In this document: one piece after another, positions 55,047 through 64,000 of the stretch | Layout: each line of letters starts with the position of its first letter | Numbering within the stretch: position 1 is the first letter of the stretch | DNA from: Octopus vulgaris | Lineage: Eukaryota | DNA length: 64,000 nt | Reading direction: 5' to 3' | NCBI GenBank assembly: GCA_951406725.2 | Contig: OX597823.1 | Span: 107,694,001-107,758,000 of the forward strand | Program-made: the position numbers and the translations under genes | The notes under the pieces: model-generated | What the model was told of the DNA's origin: nothing | Database searches by the model: none | The model's input: the letters and a program-made list of their open reading frames with translations, nothing else

Positions 55047-55960
55047 TATATATAAAACCTGGTATAGAACTTCATGTTTGAGACTCTGATGAAGCTGTAA
55101 GGTGTTACCCAAACACTCAACTATGCGTCCACTGGATCTTATAGTGGAAACAGCTACTGAAGTTCATACTGAAGTCGATAAGAGTCTATGAATGTGTGTG
55201 CATGTATTTCTGCCTTTCCATTTAATAATGGGTTCAGATTTTGGCACAAGGTCACCATGTTCAGAGGAAAGGGCAAGTTGATCACATCAACCTTGGTGTT
55301 CAACTGGTCCTTACTTTATCGATGTCAGCCTTGGCAGAATTTGATCTCAGAACATAAACTGATGTAAATGTTGGCTGGTTGACTGATTTCTTCTGTCACA
55401 CTTTATGATATACAGAGGGAGGGAAAACGAGTAAAAAAGATAGTGAGAGAGATAGACAGGGAGATGTAGGATGAGTGAATGTACTTGGCTTTGTGGCAGG
55501 CAATAAGTGAAGTAACACTATACACACACATACACACACACATGCACAGTGAAAGAGAAAGAATTAATGAGACAGGGGAGGAGGTGGACAATGACAATGA
55601 GGAATTAAAATGACAGAGATGCTGGCTGTAGCAGAAAAAGACTCAGCAATAATTTATACATTATGCTTTTCAAGTAAGCTGTTCATTATCAGAGGAAATT
55701 TTTTGATTAAATCATTAGAATGTTAGGTAACTTAAGAATTTAAAGCAAGCTCTTCCGAAGGAAGGAATATATCACTACAACTTCTACAATGAATTCAAAA
55801 CACATTTGCTTCCATGGTTTATCTCAGGAAATATGGCATAAATGTTAAAAATTAAAATTCAACTTTTATCAAATTACATCTGGTGGCAATAGTATACTTC
55901 CAGAGATATCTGTCATATGATGGGCAACACTTTAGCATGCGTGTGTACATATACACATGC

Positions 55961-56186
55961 AAGGGAGTGAACAAGTGAAAGAAAGTAGCACTCAACACAT
56001 TTGGTAGGAGTATTATTTAATAACAATTTTACTTGGCTCCATGCAACTTAAAGCTTCGTAAGCTCATAGAAAGAAACCTGGTGTCAGGCATCTGAAGATG
56101 AAGTTCAAATGCCTGAGAAGCTGAGTTCATTCTATGAGCCTAGGAAACTTTAAGTTGCATGGAGCTAAGTCAAACTATTATTAAAT
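55961..56186 (-). mobile_element. Fold-back insert D (PLE-like), tail on the left
   Basis: Arms 56015-56071 and 56130-56186, inner hairpin tcaggcat/atgcctga, tail 55961-56014. Flanked by TG/TA-rich and (CA)n tracts. Confidence 0.7.
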
Positions 56187-56255
56187 CACACACACACACA
56201 CACACACATTATATACATACATACATATATATATTTATATATATATATATATATA

Positions 56256-56518
56256 CTTTATTTTAAGCAGCAGAAAATTCAACAAAATCTGTTACTCTGA
56301 GTTTCTTTGCCGTTCTGAGTTTCTCGTTGCAGTTCATCAGACAGTTTCTCGTTGCCGTTCATCATCAGCTAGCAAAAACTGTCTGATGAACGGCAACGAG
56401 AAACTCAGAGTAACAGATTTTGTTGAATTTTCTGCTGCTTAAAATAAAGCATATTACTCTACCACTGGTATTTGAGTACTCTTTTTTCCACCTTGTTTCA
56501 CATTTATGTGTTTACTCC

Positions 56519-56520
<2 letters not shown>
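56256..56520 (+). mobile_element. Fold-back insert E (PLE-like) carrying a hammerhead ribozyme
   Basis: Arms 56256-56347 and 56376-56449, tail 56450-56520, (TA)n flanks. Confidence 0.8.
56373..56422 (+). ncRNA. Minimal type I hammerhead ribozyme
   Basis: Stem I caaaaactgt/acagattttg, CUGAUGA (56383-56389), stem II cg-GCAA-cg, GAAA, palindromic stem III actc-a-gagt, predicted GUA cleavage after 56412. Confidence 0.7.
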
Positions 56521-56554
<34 letters not shown>

Positions 56555-56769
56555 ACCCATGCCAGCATGGAAGACATCTGTTTAATGATGATGATGATAA
56601 TGATGACGTATATACAAATATATATGTATGCATATATAAATATATATATATGAAATATACAAATATATGTGGTGGTGTCTGTATGTGTATGTGTATATGC
56701 AATATACATATACATATATATTCATATATATACATACATATATATATATATATATATACGTTTATATAT

Positions 56770-57157
56770 TTGTTGTGCAAGATTTTTGATGTGAAGTCGA
56801 GTGCTGAAACAGATATTGTTGTATTTCGGAATGGTCATTTTGCCAGTTTAGCCAATAAAAGCACAGGCACTAATATATTTGGTGTTACTCTGCTTCAGTG
56901 CTATTTATTTTTTACATTAATCTTAATCTTATTTCGGCCAGAGTTCTTTCGTCACACTCCTGTGACCGCATCAAATAAGAAAGAAGAAAGCAAAGGACCT
57001 CTGATGCGGTCACAGGAGTGTGACAAAAAAACTCTGGCCGAAATAAGATTAAGATTAATGTAAAAAATAAATAACACTGAAGCAAAGTAACACCAAATAT
57101 ATAGTGCGTGTGCTTTTATTGGCTAAACTGGCAAAATGACCATTCCGAAATACAATA

Positions 57158-57161
<4 letters not shown>
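56770..57161 (-). mobile_element. Fold-back insert F (PLE-like) with ~160-bp arms
   Basis: Arms 56813-56973 and 57002-57161, 28-nt purine-rich spacer, tail 56770-56812, TA-rich flanks. Confidence 0.8.
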
Positions 57162-57201
<40 letters not shown>

Positions 57202-57547
57202 ATTTGTATATGTATATGTATACATATTTATACATATATGAAAATATGCAAGTATAGATATGCATATGTATCTGTCTGTTTGTCTGTCTGTTTATGTATG
57301 TATGTGTGTGTGTGTGTGTGTGTGTATACATGTATTATATAACTGTAGTTATACTATACATACATAGGTATATATCCACAGTCAGGTACCCTCTCACTGA
57401 TTTTTTTTTCCTCATGTTTTTGGAAAATGCATACCTTTAATAAGAATAAATATAAATGTATTTTCCAGATTTCAATGATGTAGATATCTTGCAAAAAAAA
57501 AGTTATTTTCTGAGAGGATTTTTAAATGACTTCTCTCTCTTTCTCTT

Positions 57548-57580
<33 letters not shown>

Positions 57581-60469
57581 TTCTCTCTCTCCCTCTGCCT
57601 TTCTCTCTGTCCTTTGTTATCATCAATTTCTGTAATCTCAGCAGTCTTCAGTCACTTTTTTCAGAATTGCATGTTTGAAATATCAATATTATGTAATCAC
57701 TATTTTTGGAAACATAAGTCCTGTAAAATTTAATTTAAAAATAAGAAAGTTATTGAGCAGTTGAAACTTCAGAAAGGAAGAATTCTAATTAAAACATACT
57801 AACATCATTATAATCTGTTCCCTTGTAAATATATCACTGTAAAAATTTCATTAAAAAAATATAGATTTTTCAGTAAGATTTGAAGTATGTATGCTTATAT
57901 ATATGTTCTTATGTATACACAAACATGCACGCACATATATATGAATATATTTTTATATGTGTGTAGGGATATATATACATACACACACACAAATATCTAT
58001 GTATTGTATCTCTAATGAAATGTGCATACAGTTGTAATCTCTATATATAATTATATTATATAATCAGTGTGAAATGCTTAGACTTAATAACCACAACAAC
58101 AACAACAACAACAACAGCTGCAAAAAAGTTTTTAAAATCTTTAGAGAGGAAGATGTAAGAAGGGCAGCAACATTAAGAAAGAATGATAAATAATGACAGA
58201 CAGTAACCATATGAACAACATGAACAACAAAGAACCCAGAATATGTACAACAGCAAGGAGCCAACACATGGTAGCTTTATGTAGTCACTCCATTTTCTAG
58301 AAGTAACCCCTAAATTCCATTCAAACTACATTCTGCTGTTCTATAAAAAGAAGTGGTCAGTATATCATGTATGAAGGAGAAAAATATAGGAAGGATGGCC
58401 ATGGTTGGACATCTCTGGCCATAGGTCTACTGCGTTAGAACTGACTTGGGGAGGGGGGCTAAATAACCCTTATGAATGACAACAATAAACAGAATAAGTT
58501 CAACGATAATTGTTCTAAGAATAAATACACCAGCTGTAAGAAGGACAAGAGGATCCAGAAGTAGAAAATATAGAATAACAACAGTAACAACAATATTTTC
58601 ATCTAAATATAGCAGCAGCATGTATATTTATAGTTGTCACAGAGATGCACTAGCTGGCCAGCAGTATCCCTAGCAACTCTCTCTCTAGCATCTATCTCAC
58701 TGTCCTCCTATTATTCTTTGACATCTTATCATCTTCACATACATGCAAGCACACACACACACACACTTATATCTACAGCACCACCCAAGAATTCTAGCTA
58801 CCCCCATATGTGCTGCACCACCCATATCTCTTCTCCCCTCCACTACTTCACCATTCAGGCAGGGGGAGAATTTGAAGAGATTCTCGGAATGTCATGAATG
58901 ATGTGGCTGTTTCTATTCTATGCAAATTCTGCATATTACTCAAGATGTGCACACACTACAAAATGACATAAACATACATGCCCACATAACTATGAGTAGA
59001 TACATCTTTATATGTAAATATGTTTGATAGAAGATGGTGGGGCTGATATGAGTGATGGGAACCAGACCACTACAATCTTAAAATACCAGACTAAAACAGC
59101 AATGGTTCGATTTGACTTGAAAAGTATGGACTTACTGCAAAAAGCACATATTTATATTTTTATGTGATTATATAACATTTTATATCCATTATATATACAT
59201 ATATAGTTATGTATATAATATTGGTAGACAATGTATATAGAATATTCATTATGTGATACAAATGTTTGTTAGTTTTTACTTCAATACATACAATGAAATT
59301 TATTTTTGAAATTTATAAATATAATACTTTTGTAAATATTATATGTATACATGTAAATAATATATCATTATGTTGCATTGTATATATATGTATGATGCTC
59401 ACAAATGCACATATAGATATGTAGATATGCAAAAAATATTAGAAGCATCTGGTGAAATTCATTTTTTATATTTCTATGTTAAATAAAGGAGACAGTGTAG
59501 TGATAGGGTTTGGAAAGCTAAAGAGAAAAACAAAAAAAGAAACAAAGAAAAGAACTGAGTTTAAGATTATTGATGTTTGTAGATTTATCCAGTTTTCAAT
59601 TAATATTGATTTGCTGATCTCACTAGTGGCAAGGTGGCAAAAAAACATTAAATCACCATCAACATAGATGGCTACACAGCAGGGTAATAATAAGAAAAAT
59701 TATGACAGTAATATTACTATTAATAATAATAATAATAATAACAATGATGATGATGATGATGATGATGGTAGTGTTGGTGGTAATAACCACAAGAAGATTT
59801 TTTTTAACTTTACACTTGGCTCCATGTATCTGTAAATAAATGTGTCTACCCTTACATGTACATATGTATGAGGGTTCGTGAATGTGTGTGTGTCTGTATT
59901 GTGTGTGTCTATATGATGTTAGGTGTATGCACATAAAAACAAGAGAAAAAGGAGTCTCTAATCTATATTGTTTTTCTTTTTCTTTATTTTTATTTCAATT
60001 GCCAGTCGCCACCCGCATCCATACGGACCCACAGAGTTAAACAAAATTTAATCAATGCAGCAACCATAATGAATAAAATATAGCAGATTGAGGAATGGCA
60101 GCATTGCTAAGAATGGATATATGTATGTGTAAGTAAATATGTTTCAAGTATGTGTATAAGTGCATATATCTATGTATATGGATGCATACATACATGTGTG
60201 TGTGTGAGTGTGAGTGTATGTGAACGCTCGTGTGTGTGTGTGTGTGTGTGTGTGCAGATAAGAATGTGTTGATGAAGATAGACTATTCTCACATTTATAT
60301 AAGACATCCAACAGATTTGCCCATCCTTTTTCAGTTTCATTTCTAATCTGCTCACATTTCAATTTAGAAACTATTCAGTACAATATAAAAATATAAAAAT
60401 TTAGTACCTATCTAATTCATAGGACTTCTTTTACTGAAGTACATACAAATACATATTTAAATACATATA

Positions 60470-60558
<89 letters not shown>

Positions 60559-60641
60559 ATGTATGTATGTATATATATGTATATATGTATGTATGTATGT
60601 ATGTGTATATATATATATATGTGTGTATATATGTATGTATG

Positions 60642-60679
<38 letters not shown>

Positions 60680-61499
60680 TATGTATATATATATATATAT
60701 ATGTTTATGTATATATTTATGTACATCCATATGTATATAGATGTGTATGTATATAAGTATGTATGTATAATCAAATGAACAGATGAAAGAAGGTCTCATT
60801 CAACATGTTTTTGGAGATGCATGTATTTGATAAAATTTCGATTCAGTTCTTCCTGACTTTAAATTTTGTTTGCATGTAGGAGGGGTCAGGTTCATTGCAT
60901 CAGATTTTTGAAGGCAGAGTTCTACGCACCTAAAAAACTTCAAGTCATGTGAAACTAAGTCAAAATGTTATTTAATAGTGTCATCTTTTGGCAGCATTCA
61001 TCTCCTATAGTATTAGGGTGACCGGTTACTTGCGAGTGAAAATTTGGTGGATGGAAATACGGCAGAAGCTGGTATGAAAGAATGCTGGAGAGTGCCACCA
61101 CATCACTGAGGGGTTAGTGTGCAGGGTTACATTCACTGAGGAGGGCTTAGATATGCAGCAGAGATTTGGGGAATTAAGCATCAGAGTAAATAGAAACTTT
61201 GACAAAAACAAACATTAAGAAAACTACTTTTAGGTGGTGCTTCAGCATGGCCTCAAAAATCAGTAAGCCACACTCACATACACATACATGAGTGTATGTG
61301 TGTGTGTGTGAGTGAGTGTGTGTGTAGAGAGAGAAAGTGCGAGAGAAAGAGTTAAAATATACGCATGTGAACATATATACAAGCATATGTGTGTGTGTAT
61401 ATGTATATATCTCTTTGTGTATTTGTATGTGTATATGAATCTATGTGCATATATATATGTGTGTGTGTAAACGTTTGTCTATCATCACCTGTATGTGGA

Positions 61500-61575
61500 T
61501 GTATGTACGAATATATATACATACACACATACATATATGTAATATATATATATACATACATATATGTAATATATG

Positions 61576-61629
<54 letters not shown>

Positions 61630-61644
61630 TATATGTAATATATG

Positions 61645-61697
<53 letters not shown>

Positions 61698-61900
61698 TGT
61701 AATATATGTAATATATATATATATATATATATAATATATATATACATACATATATGTAATATATGTAATATATATATATATATATATATATACATACATA
61801 CATACATATATATATGTAATATATATATATATACATACATATATGTAATATATGTAATATATATATATATATATACATACATACATACATATATATATGT
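61500..61900. repeat. Higher-order compound microsatellite of atatatgtaatatatgtaat + (AT)n + acat units
   Basis: The unit recurs about 6 times with variable (AT)n length. Confidence 0.85.
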
Positions 61901-61904
61901 ATGT

Positions 61905-61935
<31 letters not shown>

Positions 61936-62197
61936 TAGATATATTGTTCTGATTTCTAGTATCCTTCATTTTTCCCCTTCTCTCTGTTTTGTTGTAATAC
62001 GGTTTCAATGCCTCATGTATTTTTAGTTGTAAGACTTGTCTTCCTTTTGTTGTGTGTTGACCTTAGCCTTTCCCAGAGGAAAGGTACCAACTTTTCTGCA
62101 GTCACCAAAATTTTAGGAATTCTGGGACAAAAGTTTGCTGATGAATTTATGTGTCAGTATTTCATCATTAATTTGAAATTATATATGTATGTGTGTA

Positions 62198-62239
<42 letters not shown>

Positions 62240-62345
62240 CACATTTATGATATATATATATGCATACATTTATGATATATACATATATATATAGATAGAT
62301 AGATATATACACATACATAAGCATAAGCATATATATGTACACATA

Positions 62346-62377
<32 letters not shown>

Positions 62378-62499
62378 TACGTATATATATATATATATAT
62401 ATATGCATGTGTGTGTATATATAAATATGTATGCATGTATATGATATCTATACATATATGTTATATATATATATTTATATATACATAAATATATATACT

Positions 62500-62539
<40 letters not shown>

Positions 62540-62561
62540 CACATAAGTATATATATTTATG

Positions 62562-62611
<50 letters not shown>

Positions 62612-62649
62612 TAAAATCCCCAAAAAGGAAGACTAGACACACACACACA

Positions 62650-62840
62650 TACAAAAAAAACAAACAAACAAACAACGCGAGTACGTGGTACATGTAAAGT
62701 GTTAGCAGACGCTCAGAGAAGGAAAGGAAGGTGGTTTAACGTTTCGAGCAACGCTCTTCTTCAAAAACAGAGGAAAGTTCAATAGAAAGGAAGTCAGAGG
62801 AAGAAAATCGTCAACGACTCACATGTGGTTACATTTTGAA

Positions 62841-62843
<3 letters not shown>
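62650..62843 (-). mobile_element. Hammerhead-bearing pseudo-LTR-like repeat between microsatellites
   Basis: Unique CpG-containing segment bounded by (CA)n/(CAAA)n and (TA)n; contains the motif at 62734-62768. Confidence 0.65.
62734..62768 (-). ncRNA. Minimal hammerhead-like ribozyme (C3U variant)
   Basis: Minus strand gttt-UUGAAGA-a-gagc-gtt-gctc-GAAA-cg-UU-aaac: 4-bp stem I, 4-bp stem II and palindromic aacgtt stem III. Confidence 0.55.
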
Positions 62844-62890
<47 letters not shown>

Positions 62891-62901
62891 ATATATATAT
62901 A

Positions 62902-62947
<46 letters not shown>

Positions 62948-64000
62948 TATCTCACACACACACATATGTATGTTTGAATATATATATATATATATATATA
63001 TCTCACACACACACACACACATATGTATGTTTGAATATATATGTTTGTACATACATACATGAAAAAAATAATTTGTAATATATATACTCATTCACTCACA
63101 TACCTATATGAAACTCCTGGTTAGGGAGGGGATGTTTATAAATTTCATAGATGGAATTAAATTTACTTTTTTCTTTTTGTGAGACTAGAGTATACAAATG
63201 AAAGAGGAAGGCTGAGAAAGAGAGAAAGGGGGAGGAAGAGAGAGAGAGAGAGAGAGAGAAAGAGGGAGAACAAAATTTGAGCTAGTATTCTCACACATCG
63301 ATATATATACATACACGTGTCTTCATGTAATGTGTAGACTATAGAAGATTTATTTGTAAAGTACACACAGATCGTGCAAAATATTAATTGTGTTTGTACT
63401 GTGTCCTAGAATAGATTCTATAAAGTATTATATACACCCTACATACTGTGTCAAAATTGACGTGGGTGTTTTTTGTAAGGTATATTTAAATTTGTCAGTC
63501 TCTCTGTGTATGTATGTATATATGTGTGTGCATGTATATGGGTGACAGCGAAGTATTTGAATAGAAGAATGACTGAGGTGGGGCCACCTTCTTCATGAAC
63601 AGCTCATATTTATGTGGGGGCTGATGTTCACCTAAAACGTTTTAATTTATTAGAACTACTCAGGTAGAGAGGAGAGAAAAATAAAGCATTCACTAAATGA
63701 ATGGTTGAATAGATTGAAAAAGAAAAGTATTTGAAATATAGAGAAAAAATTTTAATACTTTAATGTAAAGACAAAGAAGGGGAACGGCAACACTCTAATG
63801 GTGTAGAATATGTGTTAGAGTATAAAAAATTCGGGTTGGGTTTGGCGGTGGTGATGGTGGCGGTAGTGTTGGGATGTAGTGTCTAGTTTAGACTTAAATT
63901 GGTGCAGAGGACAGCTTATTACTGGATCTTGGTGTGACATGTCGCTGAATGAGAGTCAGGTGGTGCTTAGCTGAAAAGTGGAGGAGAATTTAAGGGAAGC

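Noticed and set aside
60431-63091. Many YI/IY-rich ORFs
   Set aside because: Translations of (TA)n/(TG)n microsatellites.
63770-64000. Minus-strand LHQFKSKLDT, LINE C-terminus-like (similar strand bias at 37750-38240)
   Set aside because: Only one short motif; the family cannot be assigned by eye.

Overview
AT-rich, microsatellite-saturated eukaryotic DNA. The SINE families, RTE-type tails and (TA)n/(CA)n/(CATA)n density resemble coleoid cephalopod (octopus) intronic or intergenic sequence; this is inferred from recalled repeat families, not from a search. No host gene can be called confidently, and nearly all ORF-track entries are microsatellite or SINE read-throughs. The one plausible host exon is a phase-2 terminal exon at 47839-47908 ending in a CaaX box (KCSVM*). 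The window holds dozens of tRNA-headed SINEs and RTE 3' ends, plus decayed coding relics of an RTE RT, Penelope-like (PLE) RTs, a CRE-type restriction-like endonuclease, a mariner transposase and a Merlin/ISXO2 transposase. The most striking unexplained structure is a set of six short fold-back inserts at 11077, 29287, 41087, 55961, 56256 and 56770. Each has an inverted arm, a direct arm and an unpaired tail, and sits inside a (TA)n/(CA)n tract. One contains a well-formed minimal type I hammerhead ribozyme (56373-56422), and a separate three-copy hammerhead-bearing repeat lies near 46400, 51930 and 62735. Together these suggest a multi-family, microsatellite-targeting, ribozyme-carrying PLE/retrozyme-like system.
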